In this document: piece by piece, positions 1 through 9,186 of the stretch | Layout of the letters: each line of letters begins with the position of its first letter | Numbering within the stretch: the first letter of the stretch is position 1 | Virus record (IMG/VR): IMGVR_UViG_3300044646_001937 | Coordinates: 124,001-188,000 of that record | Length of the DNA stretch: 64,000 bases | Strand: one strand, 5' to 3' | Program-made: the position numbers and the translations under genes | Notes under the pieces: generated by a model | The model's input: the letters and a program-made list of their open reading frames with translations, nothing else | Told to the model about the DNA's origin: nothing | Databases searched by the model: none

Positions 1-2
1 GC

Positions 3-1232
3 GGGTATGGCTCCAAGCAATTTGCAAGAGCGCTAATGCCTCTACAGGTAGTAGAGGCAGACTGCGAAACAATGAACGGTATCAGTGTTTCTGTAGACGA
101 CAAAGAATCAGCAGGGTCCTATCTAGCCAAAGGAGTGTTAGACTATAATAGGAATAACGAAGTGACATTAAAAATGCTCAACGATCTTAGAAATAAGAAA
201 GTTGAGAAGATTGTTATTCGTACACCCATGACATGTCAGTCTAACAAAAAACATCACTCAGGTGGTTTGTGTCAGATGTGTGTAGGTAAAAGAGAAAAGG
301 GAATGGCAGCAATGGACAGCTATGTAGGTCTGGTGGCAGGTACGGCTGTAGCGGAACCATTAACAGAAAGCGCGATGAAGGCCAGACATTCAGGAGGCGC
401 AGCCACGTCACTAGGAGGACAATCAGGCTTTAAGCTAATCAATCAGCTGGCCAACGTACCTAAGACATTTGTAGGCAGAGCCCCCCTAGCTCAAGAGGAC
501 GGATTTGTTACTAAAGTAGAGAAAGCTGACGCTGGAGGTTACTTTATAACCGTGAATAATGAAGAGCATTATATTGGGATTGATCAGGAACCTAAAGTAC
601 AGCAAGGAGACAGAGTAGAACAGGGACAGGTATTAAGTACAGGTCTTGTAGATCCTAGAGAGGTTGTAAAATATAGAGGAATTGGAGACGGGCGTAAGTA
701 TTATATGGAGGCAATGAAGAAAGCATTCGACGACAGCAGTCTTCCTGTAAATCGCAGAAATTTTGAGCTGATTGCGAAAGCTGCTGTAGATCATGTCAAA
801 ATCACAGACCCCGAAGGTATAGGTAATTATCTTCCAGATCAGGTGGTGTCATACTCAGCTATTGAGAAAGACTATAACCCCAGAAGTAACTCTAAGATGC
901 TTAGGATAGATATGGCCTATGGTAAATATATGGAGAAACCTGAGCTTCACTACACCATTGGCACCAGAGTTACCTCCGCCGTAATCAGAGATCTCAAAGA
1001 ACATGAGATTGAATCTGTACTGGTTAACGATCAACCCCCCAACTTTGAACCAGTAATGGTACGTCTGGTGGACGTACCAGAGCATCATGAAGACTGGATG
1101 CATGTATTAAACAGCACCAACCTCGCAAAAAGGTTTGTAAATATGGTCAACAGAGGATCTACATCAGACACAAAAGGCCCTAGCCCTATACCTGGGTTAG
1201 CTATGGGTGTTGGGTTTGGACAGAAAGATTAA
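3..1232 (+). CDS. rpoC: Phage multisubunit RNA polymerase beta-prime-like subunit, C-terminal part (5' end outside the window)
   Basis: The frame is open from position 3 (GYGSKQFARALMPLQVVEADCET, cf. bridge-helix end SGYLTRRLVDV..V.E.DCGT). It has the Zn site IRTPMTC..GLCQMCVG, the trigger loop VGLVAGTAVAEPLTESAMKARHSGGAA (cf. [27 protein letters not shown]), the jaw-like KVQQGDRVEQGQVLSTG, and RNFELIAKA (cf. KHIEVIVRQ). Confidence 0.9.
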   Translation, partial: GYGSKQFARALMPLQVVEADCETMNGISVSVDDKESAGSYLAKGVLDYNRNNEVTLKMLNDLRNKKVEKIVIRTPMTCQSNKKHHSGGLCQMCVGKREKGMAAMDSYVGLVAGTAVAEPLTESAMKARHSGGAATSLGGQSGFKLINQLANVPKTFVGRAPLAQEDGFVTKVEKADAGGYFITVNNEEHYIGIDQEPKVQQGDRVEQGQVLSTGLVDPREVVKYRGIGDGRKYYMEAMKKAFDDSSLPVNRRNFELIAKAAVDHVKITDPEGIGNYLPDQVVSYSAIEKDYNPRSNSKMLRIDMAYGKYMEKPELHYTIGTRVTSAVIRDLKEHEIESVLVNDQPPNFEPVMVRLVDVPEHHEDWMHVLNSTNLAKRFVNMVNRGSTSDTKGPSPIPGLAMGVGFGQKD

Positions 1233-1255
1233 CCTGTTACGGAACAAGAAGGTTC

Positions 1256-1284
1256 TTGATATACAAGTAGAAAGTTTATAAAAT
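1256..1284 (+). promoter_or_regulatory. sigma70-type promoter TTGATA-N17-TAAAAT
   Basis: Near-consensus -35 and -10 hexamers with a 17-nt spacer, in the intergenic gap before 1310. Confidence 0.65.
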
Positions 1285-1309
1285 TGATTTAAATCTAAGA
1301 TAATTTACT

Positions 1310-3520
1310 ATGCGCAAAACAACTCTTAAAAAACAGGCAGCAGACGACCAGATCGAGGGAGCCTTTTTCCAGCTTGCCTACCAAAGACTGCAAGATACTC
1401 TTAAAAATCTTATTCCTTATCTTGTAGGATTTGAAATTGTTAAGAAAAACCCAGAGAATACAAAAGCCCTGGGCGTCTTTGGGTTTAGGTCAAAAAATGG
1501 ACAGATTTTGTTTGTACCTGCCTTTTTCATTAATGGTAAAGTAAAGAACCTGGATTTGCTTTATAGTAAGAACAATGAACAGTTCTACCCCCTAAACGAA
1601 GATTTTGCAGAAATGTTCATTAAAGATGAACTTTTGGGGTTGGGTGAAAACTCTAACGAAAACAGGACTTCAGTCATGCGCGATGCCTCCCAGGGAGACT
1701 ATCGTCAGATGGCTATTCCTCCCAGAACAGGTAGATATGCTATCGCCTCTGTTTTGGATTATGTGGAAAACTCAGATAACAAGACCAAGAAAGCTTTCAC
1801 AGAGCTTATTGAAAAAGACGCTGAGTTCTGTGAGTCACTGCTGAGATTTTACCCTCTTGAGAAAGTAGCAAAAGCTATTGCCCTTGAAGATGGTAAAGAG
1901 TATCGCAAATCAGACCAGGCCGCAAAGAAGATCGAACTGGTTAAGATGAAGGATAAGGAAAAGGTTAAAAAGTTAAACGATTCTCAAAAGTCCACCCTCA
2001 TGACCCAGGGATATGTAATCGTTGACGATAGAGACGCTGGTGAAAAATCCAGCTTTGGCGCTGTAGACTACCTCAAGAAGTTCATCAACCCTGTAGACTC
2101 TGGGTTCTATTCTTACGTAACCAAGATTGGTGGAATTCGCTACGGACTAGTTCTTGTACGCCCTAAGCAGCTTCAACAGGATTTCGCCACAGACGACGTA
2201 TTGGTTATTGACCTTGATTCTAAGGACGGAACTACCTACATAAAAGATCACAAGCAGGTCTTCGTTAAAGATCAGATCAAGGTACAGGACTATTCTACTG
2301 TGCACAAGATGATGGTGGACACTTCTGAAGGAAAGCCAGGATATTCTAATGTCTACGTTTTAATTAATGAAAATCTAAAAGCTACACAGCCATTTAGAAT
2401 TAACGCAAATTTCAAAGACGCTTCAGGCATTCGCAGGATTGCAGTAGAGCCGCACAGCATATGGACAGATTCCTGCTGTGACGAAAAGGGAGGCAAAAAA
2501 GACAGACCTGGTAGCATTCATGATTTACCTAGAGGCAATTTCTATAATCACCCAAAGAAAGCCAGAGAAGTGCATCTCGTCATGACCAAGAGACAGGGTG
2601 ATCGCCTAGACTATCAGGACAACACGATCTATGTTCCTGCAGGATTTAAATTACTAAAGATCTCCCCAGCATGCTGCTTCCCTGGATGGAGGGAGACAGG
2701 TTTCTCTGGTAATGAAAATGACGGAGACGCCAAGGCACACGAACAGAAAATTAAAGGCGAACCAGGAACTCCAGGCAAACTTCACGCTATGCTGGAAGAT
2801 AAGAACATCTTCCCAATGAGTGTTCATACTAACGGTAGCGAATACTTCGTAGACATCAATGGGGCGAAGAAGAAGTATGATGACGCAATCTCTGCAAAGA
2901 TTGCTATGGTGATGGACATTGGTCTTGATGAAAAAGTAGCCGTTGAGTTGATTGATAGCCTTGTGGAAGGCTTCTCCAAGAAAGGGCATATCAAGATGGC
3001 GTTTACAGGGGACATGTATCCAGCACCATTTGAAGAGCAGCCATACACCAATGAGTTTGGACAGCCTACAAGCGTTGGTGTTGGACAGGAAAACACACTA
3101 GCAGGCATGGATAGCTATGTAGGCAACCCTACACAGCAGGATCTCGGAACAAAAGCAGAAGTACAGGGAATTGACCCAAGATTTGTCCAGAACGCTATTC
3201 AGCTCGCTCAGACAGGCCAAAAAGAAATTTTTGACACGCACATGATTGGAGCTCTTGCAAAGTATGTGAGCGTTACCGATAAGGTTTCTGAATATGTCCC
3301 CTCTATGGTTGAAGCCATGGATAGGCTGGGAAGAATTCTATTCCTACTTCATTGGGAGACTGACAAGTTTAAAGAAATGTATGGTCGAGGAGATCTGCCT
3401 GAGCTTGTTGAATTGGTTACGAGCGTGTTCAAGAACCTTGGTGAACTTACAGTTTTCTTGAAGCGTAAATCTCCAGAGTTATCAATCAACATGAGTAAAG
3501 CTGACGGCCTAGACTTATAA
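1310..3520 (+). CDS. Large hypothetical head-module protein (736 aa)
   Basis: Long ORF and first gene of the head cluster. N-terminal LKKQAADD carries the K-x-A motif. No family recognised. Confidence 0.6.
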   Translation: MRKTTLKKQAADDQIEGAFFQLAYQRLQDTLKNLIPYLVGFEIVKKNPENTKALGVFGFRSKNGQILFVPAFFINGKVKNLDLLYSKNNEQFYPLNEDFAEMFIKDELLGLGENSNENRTSVMRDASQGDYRQMAIPPRTGRYAIASVLDYVENSDNKTKKAFTELIEKDAEFCESLLRFYPLEKVAKAIALEDGKEYRKSDQAAKKIELVKMKDKEKVKKLNDSQKSTLMTQGYVIVDDRDAGEKSSFGAVDYLKKFINPVDSGFYSYVTKIGGIRYGLVLVRPKQLQQDFATDDVLVIDLDSKDGTTYIKDHKQVFVKDQIKVQDYSTVHKMMVDTSEGKPGYSNVYVLINENLKATQPFRINANFKDASGIRRIAVEPHSIWTDSCCDEKGGKKDRPGSIHDLPRGNFYNHPKKAREVHLVMTKRQGDRLDYQDNTIYVPAGFKLLKISPACCFPGWRETGFSGNENDGDAKAHEQKIKGEPGTPGKLHAMLEDKNIFPMSVHTNGSEYFVDINGAKKKYDDAISAKIAMVMDIGLDEKVAVELIDSLVEGFSKKGHIKMAFTGDMYPAPFEEQPYTNEFGQPTSVGVGQENTLAGMDSYVGNPTQQDLGTKAEVQGIDPRFVQNAIQLAQTGQKEIFDTHMIGALAKYVSVTDKVSEYVPSMVEAMDRLGRILFLLHWETDKFKEMYGRGDLPELVELVTSVFKNLGELTVFLKRKSPELSINMSKADGLDL

Positions 3521-3537
3521 TCATTGAAAAATGCTAT

Positions 3538-4584
3538 ATGTCATTAGAGCCTCAGCAGAATCCTCAGGTTGAGGATACATCTTTTAAAGACAGACTGCTA
3601 GCGATGAAAATGCTTCGCGAGAACATGTTTCTCGCAGAGCCTGAAAGGTATGGCATGGCTGATGTTGCCGAGGATTTGCCAGGCTCATTAAGACCATTAG
3701 GAGACATTGTAAAAAATGTTCTACCGTCCAGAATGATCATATCTGAGGATCCTGCTCAAAGGAAAAAACAGATAGATGCAGCAATTCAAAGAATAAAAGA
3801 AACAAGGCAAGGAGGCAAAGACCTTGGAAAGGAAATGCTGAGTAGTGCAGGCAGCATGGGGATGCATAGTATCCTTCCCAGTTTTGCGTTTGCAGCTATA
3901 GCCAGACTAATGGGTGGCGGAGGTGGGCTTTCCAGACTACACAGATTGAGAGCATCTGGAAGGAGAGCATTATCAGGCACAGCCGCACAAAGAGCAATGC
4001 ACGGCAAGTCCCAGTTACCCAGCCTAAGCCCAACACCAGACAACTATAATAATAGCCTTAAAAGATTTCTACCTTCTTTTACAGGATTAAAAAGATTAGG
4101 AACGCACTGGAAGCCTTCTTTAAAACATGTCGCAAACGATACATTAACAAATGCAGTCATGGCGGCAACTACAGGAGCGGCAGTACCGTTACTCAGTAGA
4201 TATTCAAATGTTTCTGACGCCGCCCTAGAGCAGGCTAGAAAGATAATGGAAGAGCAGCCTTATATTACAAGTCTACCTACAAATGAAATGCTCAGTGTCA
4301 TCAAAGGCGAGAAAGACAACAGAGGAGACAACAAGGCAAGAAACTTTTTACTAGGAGGTTTGGTTGGTGCTGGCTCTGGAGCTGTAGGAGGAGCTGTACC
4401 TAGTTTATTTAGCGGTGGTGGAGCAGTACTTAAAAGTCTCGTTAAAGGCAAACCCTTATTGTCAGGGATTGATCGAAGAATGACTAGCAAGATGCTTGGC
4501 AACGTCAGAAACTCCGCAATGTTTGGAGGAGCTATCGGGGCCCTCACAGGCCCAGAAGTAGCCATGATGGGTGAAAACGAATAA
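3538..4584 (+). CDS. Glycine-zipper hydrophobic protein, putative internal virion/ejection protein
   Basis: Gly/Ala-rich hydrophobic segments (FLLGGLVGAGSGAVGGAVP, AMFGGAIGALTG). Lies in the head module. Confidence 0.45.
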   Translation: MSLEPQQNPQVEDTSFKDRLLAMKMLRENMFLAEPERYGMADVAEDLPGSLRPLGDIVKNVLPSRMIISEDPAQRKKQIDAAIQRIKETRQGGKDLGKEMLSSAGSMGMHSILPSFAFAAIARLMGGGGGLSRLHRLRASGRRALSGTAAQRAMHGKSQLPSLSPTPDNYNNSLKRFLPSFTGLKRLGTHWKPSLKHVANDTLTNAVMAATTGAAVPLLSRYSNVSDAALEQARKIMEEQPYITSLPTNEMLSVIKGEKDNRGDNKARNFLLGGLVGAGSGAVGGAVPSLFSGGGAVLKSLVKGKPLLSGIDRRMTSKMLGNVRNSAMFGGAIGALTGPEVAMMGENE

Positions 4585-4585
4585 T

Positions 4586-5677
4586 ATGCGCTCCAAGGCA
4601 CTCACTCCGATTAGATTTAACCAGATAGGCTCGTTTTATAACTTTCCTAATTGGAGATATCTTATTTATCTAGAACCTAGCAGAGCCAACTTAGCATACT
4701 GCAAAAGAAAGCCAAAAGATGGAGCTGGCTGTCTCTTAAGATACCTGAAAGAGCATGACGACATCTCAGATCGTTCTGTTGTCTCTTTTTCGTTAACCCC
4801 ATTCATATCCAGAAGCATCACCAAGCTGAGCTATTCAGAAAAAACAGCTTTCTATAAACTGTTTAATAAAAAACTTAAACTGCAAGGAGATAAGAAAATA
4901 TACACACCTACCTACAAGGAAGAACATGTAGAGGTTTGGAGCGCAAAATACATATCGCTAATTACTGACGAGCCTCTCAGGAATTTCTTATATCATGTAG
5001 CAAAGATTAAATACAATCATGATTACGACTTTGCGGTAAAGTTTAGAAACTCTGCAGAACATCAGCGCAACTTCTGCGTCATAGGTTATTGTATATTTGC
5101 CGGATTATCTGATGCAGTCATAGCCCATAGATACAAGCTTTTCCCAGGGCAGATACGAGCAATACGAGAATTGTTTTTTGATTTTAAAAACGCTCCAACA
5201 GATGTAGTAGCTAGGGCAGCATATTTTACACAACTTACAGACAATCAAATTATCAGTGATGTCGACAGAAGGTATTTTAAAATCATTGGCTCTCTTGGTG
5301 AGCTAGGATTAAAAGCAGACGCAGACCCATCAAGCCTGACCATAGAAGAAAAAGATAGGTTGAATAGCTATCTTGCCGATACAATGGTGGACAATGTGAC
5401 TTCCTTATATTTCAGTATTGAAGATAAGAAAGATGCACTAGCCTACAATACGGTTATTAACAACCTGGCCTCCTTCTTTATCAAGAAGGAAGAAATTAAT
5501 TATTACAGAGCCAAAGTTAGACATCTTGACGCCAGCACTACCAGGATTGTTAATGAACGCTCAGATTATGACACAAGTATGCAGGAAGAGGACAGATTGG
5601 CGATAGAAATGATCTCTCAGCTGGCTTTAAAGGAAAATCCTGCCCCTGAATATAAAGTAATTACTGAATTGAAATAA
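4586..5677 (+). CDS. Hypothetical protein, possible helix-turn-helix
   Basis: The likely start is the ATG at 4586 (TAA-T-ATG coupling) rather than the GTG at 4571. GLSDAVIAHRYKLFPGQIRAIRELFFD resembles an HTH. Confidence 0.5.
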   Translation: MRSKALTPIRFNQIGSFYNFPNWRYLIYLEPSRANLAYCKRKPKDGAGCLLRYLKEHDDISDRSVVSFSLTPFISRSITKLSYSEKTAFYKLFNKKLKLQGDKKIYTPTYKEEHVEVWSAKYISLITDEPLRNFLYHVAKIKYNHDYDFAVKFRNSAEHQRNFCVIGYCIFAGLSDAVIAHRYKLFPGQIRAIRELFFDFKNAPTDVVARAAYFTQLTDNQIISDVDRRYFKIIGSLGELGLKADADPSSLTIEEKDRLNSYLADTMVDNVTSLYFSIEDKKDALAYNTVINNLASFFIKKEEINYYRAKVRHLDASTTRIVNERSDYDTSMQEEDRLAIEMISQLALKENPAPEYKVITELK

Positions 5678-5697
5678 TCTAAAAATCATGCTATAAC
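5669..5697 (+). promoter_or_regulatory. sigma70-type promoter TTGAAA-N17-TATAAC with extended TG
   Basis: 17-nt spacer, TGc-TATAAC, 13 nt upstream of the ATG at 5711. Confidence 0.65.
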
Positions 5698-5710
5698 TGT
5701 AAACAATCAT

Positions 5711-7222
5711 ATGGACGAGCCAAACATTCTCATTAAATCAGCATTATCCGAAGCAGTTCAAAAGATCAACGGAGGCATGTCCCCTACGGCAGCTCTCAAG
5801 AAAGTTGCGTCTGATTTTGATCTAAACCCCAATTACATTCAGAGAACAGGGGAAGCTTTAAATGTGGCGCTGCATTATAAGCATTTCAAGACAGCCTCCG
5901 ATAGATCTGACGAATTTGAAATTGCAGACATCCCCAAGGCTATTGAAGAAGTTTTTACAGTGAATGAGAAGACCGCTTCAGAATATATCACTGAAACTTT
6001 TGGAAACAATGACGCTAATGAGACGGTGTTTAACTATAACCGCGCACTGTCCAACCCAATCTATAAGCGAGCATTTCTTGAGGTGGTAGGAGCTACGGAA
6101 ACAAATGATTCTTACCCTACCACGTTTAAGACAGTGTATGAAAAGTCTGCAAATTATATCAGCAAACTTGAAAAGTCGGCAGAGGCAGCGGAAGTTGCTA
6201 AGGTTGCAGCAGAGATTGAGTTAAACGACACCTTTTCCACATTGTCAGATTCTTTCAGGAAAGATGCATCCTACAGATCTACGTTTGAAGAATTTGAGTC
6301 ACAAGTATTTGCTAAACACGGAGAAGCAGCTGTTCCCTATATTGATCTACTACATAAAACAGCTTGTCCTAATGATGAGCGTGGAGTGCATGATGATAAA
6401 TACATGATGTTTTCGCAGAGCAAAGAGGCTCAGTTATTTGACCGCCTAATGACCGCAGCCGCTACACTTGTAGAGGCAGAAAAAACAGCAGAAATTAATG
6501 CTGAAAATCTGGCTTACGAAAAAGCCTTTTTAAAAGAGTGTCACCAAATGCTAGGCAAGCAAGCAGAAGAGGAGAAAGAAGAAGCCTCTGAAAAAGATGA
6601 AGTTGAGGAAAAGGGCGAGACTGAAGAGAAAGGCGAAGCGGAAGAAAAAGAGGAAGAAGACCCGGTTTTAGAACAGATTAAAAAAAAAGTCTTAAATCCT
6701 GACGAGAAACAGGCAGCAGCTCTTTCAGAAGATCCTGTCCTTGAACAGGCTATGGAAAAAGACGCTTTTTTAGGTGGGGCTATAAGGGCAGGTGCAGGAT
6801 TGTTAAATACTAGAAGCTTTGGAAAAATGCTGGCCGGCCCGCTAGCGGAGCTTGTAGGAGATCCTGTGACCGAAGCGTTCCATCACAACTTTAAATCTCC
6901 AGCAAAGGCAGTTAAGCCTAACCTTACACTGGATAATATGGAGCGTAGACTTTTATTGCAGGAGCTGATGCTTACTGACCCTATCCTGTCCAAGGTCAAC
7001 CCAGCAAAAGTAGCCAGAGCCTTTGAACAGCTTTTAAGATTATCGCCAGAAATATCCAAACAGAAAGAGGTAGTCAGGGCAGAATTGCGAGCAATGGTTT
7101 CCAGTCAGGCGCTTAGCAAGTTTGATGCGGACTTGCTAGCCAAGACAGATTTGGGTATGCTTAAAAGAAGAGTTGCTACCCAGCAATATAATATGGGAAT
7201 GTCCGATAACTTTAGAATGTAA
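5711..7222 (+). CDS. Putative prohead core/internal protein, K-x-A rich, with acidic tract
   Basis: 16 K-x-A motifs, an EK-rich acidic tract, a duplicated EDPVLEQ, and a C-terminal domain starting FLGGAIRAGAGLL. Confidence 0.55.
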   Translation: MDEPNILIKSALSEAVQKINGGMSPTAALKKVASDFDLNPNYIQRTGEALNVALHYKHFKTASDRSDEFEIADIPKAIEEVFTVNEKTASEYITETFGNNDANETVFNYNRALSNPIYKRAFLEVVGATETNDSYPTTFKTVYEKSANYISKLEKSAEAAEVAKVAAEIELNDTFSTLSDSFRKDASYRSTFEEFESQVFAKHGEAAVPYIDLLHKTACPNDERGVHDDKYMMFSQSKEAQLFDRLMTAAATLVEAEKTAEINAENLAYEKAFLKECHQMLGKQAEEEKEEASEKDEVEEKGETEEKGEAEEKEEEDPVLEQIKKKVLNPDEKQAAALSEDPVLEQAMEKDAFLGGAIRAGAGLLNTRSFGKMLAGPLAELVGDPVTEAFHHNFKSPAKAVKPNLTLDNMERRLLLQELMLTDPILSKVNPAKVARAFEQLLRLSPEISKQKEVVRAELRAMVSSQALSKFDADLLAKTDLGMLKRRVATQQYNMGMSDNFRM

Positions 7223-7227
7223 AATAT

Positions 7228-7605
7228 ATGCCAGCACTACTTAAAATTAAAAGAACTATAGAAAACGACGTCTTCAGAATTAATTTTTCTCTAGACCTTC
7301 TAACCTTATCCGAAGCAGATAAAGAACTTATCCGTAAGTTTGGAGAACCATCAATAAACATAGGAGGTGTTTACTTGGAAGACACTGAAAACGAGTACAC
7401 GCTGCCTGACAAATATCTGCGTGTGCGTACAGACTTACCATACACTCAAGAATTTGATGCTAAATCAAATGAGATTGGGTTTGTCTCTTCTAGAGCACAA
7501 GCCATGGCTTTTGAAGAAGCATTTGTGGTTAAATTTGAAGATGCTTTCACCGCACTTAGAAGCAATACAGATACCTTCACAGGAGAAAGAATTGTAAATA
7601 TTTAA
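7228..7605 (+). CDS. Hypothetical protein (125 aa)
   Basis: Clean ORF tightly packed in the operon, with a TATATG start context. Confidence 0.6.
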   Translation: MPALLKIKRTIENDVFRINFSLDLLTLSEADKELIRKFGEPSINIGGVYLEDTENEYTLPDKYLRVRTDLPYTQEFDAKSNEIGFVSSRAQAMAFEEAFVVKFEDAFTALRSNTDTFTGERIVNI

Positions 7606-7616
7606 CAAGACCTCTA

Positions 7617-9185
7617 ATGCCAGAGCATATCAAAAAAGGTAGTTTTGCTTTATTAAAACATCTACCGATGTTGGCGGGCAAAACCATGCCTGTGTTAGGC
7701 TCTGTACTTAGCGCAGGATCTGCGGTAAATAGGCTAGGCAGCGGAGATCTTTTAGGTGCAGGCCTGGATATAGGCTCAGCCATAACTTCTCCGTTTGCTC
7801 CAATGCTATCGTTACCTATTGATTTAATAAACACAGGTAGAGACATCATGAAAAGCAACGACAACACCAGCTCTACAGATGCTCTAAATGAAAAGCTTGA
7901 AAGAAAAAATTTTATGAAAAACGCTGCATCTCAATTTGCTCAAGATCTGGCTGACCCTCAAGCTGGATTAGATTCTGATTTATATCAGGCAATATCTCCC
8001 ATTATTTCCGCAGGCACGCAAGGACAGCAAAGTCCTGCGGAAGCAAAAAGATTAAGCGACCTACACAATCAGGTCAGGCAAGGGCTAGTAGGGCTGGAAT
8101 ACATGACAGGCTTGAAAAAGAATAAAGCCGAAACATTCTACGATGCACACCCTGTAGAAGCTACAGCAACTGACGCTTTATCTGGCTCTCTACCTGCCGC
8201 AGGAGTATTAGGACTTGCAGGTGTTGGTGAAAACTACAGACGTCAGTGGGCAAACATGAGGAAAACAGAGCCTGCGCAAATGGCTAGATCTGGTAATCCT
8301 GGGGTAGATGTGACTAATGCATCAGAGCTTCTAGAATCTGACAGACCAGACATTGCTAGGTTGTTTGGTACATTGAAAGATGATTCTGAGGGAATGCAGA
8401 AAAGATTGAAGCTGCTGGATAGACTGCAAAGACAACACGCCCCAGGCAGCCCTGAATCGTTTACAGGAAAATTGCAGGCTTATAATAAGGCTAAAGAAGA
8501 TGCAGTAGCAGCACACACAAGTAAGATAAACGAACTGCAAAGCAAACTGAACACAGGCGCTGTATCAGATAGAGGACAAGTTGAGAGCGTTAAAGCATTA
8601 ATGGCCTCACAGACAGCACAACACCAAAAAGAACTAGAAACACTCGAGGGAGTTAAAAAGAAATTGCTAGCCGAAGCAAGACAGAATCCATCTTCAGCAG
8701 CTTTGGAAAAATACGTAAACCTCCAAGAATCCTTAAGAAGAGGAAACATCAACGGAGGATTATCTTCAGCTATAGGCGAACAGGGTACACACATCCCAGG
8801 GCTTAAAGACCTAGCTCAAAAATATAATGTAACCGGAGCGCAGCAGCATTTTGATCCAGAGATACTGGCAGAGATAGCTAAAGAAAATTCTGGAGGTAAA
8901 TTCACAAGCGAACAGATTAAGAATATTGTTTCAGAGCTGGAAAATCCTGCAAATGCTACATCAGGCTTACGTAGATTTTGGTCTAAAGCAAAGATACCTA
9001 CAACCCGAGCAGCCATCGCTGGAGCTGGAGGGTTATCTCTGTATCATCTTCTTAAAATGATGCAGAATCAAAACTACTCAGGCAGCCAGATGAATGAGTG
9101 GAAGAAGAACTTGTTAAAATCCAGAGGAGATTTTGAAGCAGCTCAAGAATTAGAAAGCAGCCAACCTCAGCAACAACTAAGATAA
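7617..9185 (+). CDS. Putative internal virion/ejection protein with hydrophobic Gly-rich segments and a coiled coil
   Basis: Segments PVLGSVLSAGSAVNRLGSGDLLGAGLDIGSA, AAGVLGLAGVG and AAIAGAGGLSLYHLL. Central helical coiled coil. One KNA motif. Confidence 0.45.
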   Translation: MPEHIKKGSFALLKHLPMLAGKTMPVLGSVLSAGSAVNRLGSGDLLGAGLDIGSAITSPFAPMLSLPIDLINTGRDIMKSNDNTSSTDALNEKLERKNFMKNAASQFAQDLADPQAGLDSDLYQAISPIISAGTQGQQSPAEAKRLSDLHNQVRQGLVGLEYMTGLKKNKAETFYDAHPVEATATDALSGSLPAAGVLGLAGVGENYRRQWANMRKTEPAQMARSGNPGVDVTNASELLESDRPDIARLFGTLKDDSEGMQKRLKLLDRLQRQHAPGSPESFTGKLQAYNKAKEDAVAAHTSKINELQSKLNTGAVSDRGQVESVKALMASQTAQHQKELETLEGVKKKLLAEARQNPSSAALEKYVNLQESLRRGNINGGLSSAIGEQGTHIPGLKDLAQKYNVTGAQQHFDPEILAEIAKENSGGKFTSEQIKNIVSELENPANATSGLRRFWSKAKIPTTRAAIAGAGGLSLYHLLKMMQNQNYSGSQMNEWKKNLLKSRGDFEAAQELESSQPQQQLR

Positions 9186-9186
9186 T

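Noticed and set aside
1310-3520. Calling ORF 1310 the portal protein
   Set aside because: Size and position are compatible, but I recognise no portal motif. It is left as hypothetical pending a structure search.
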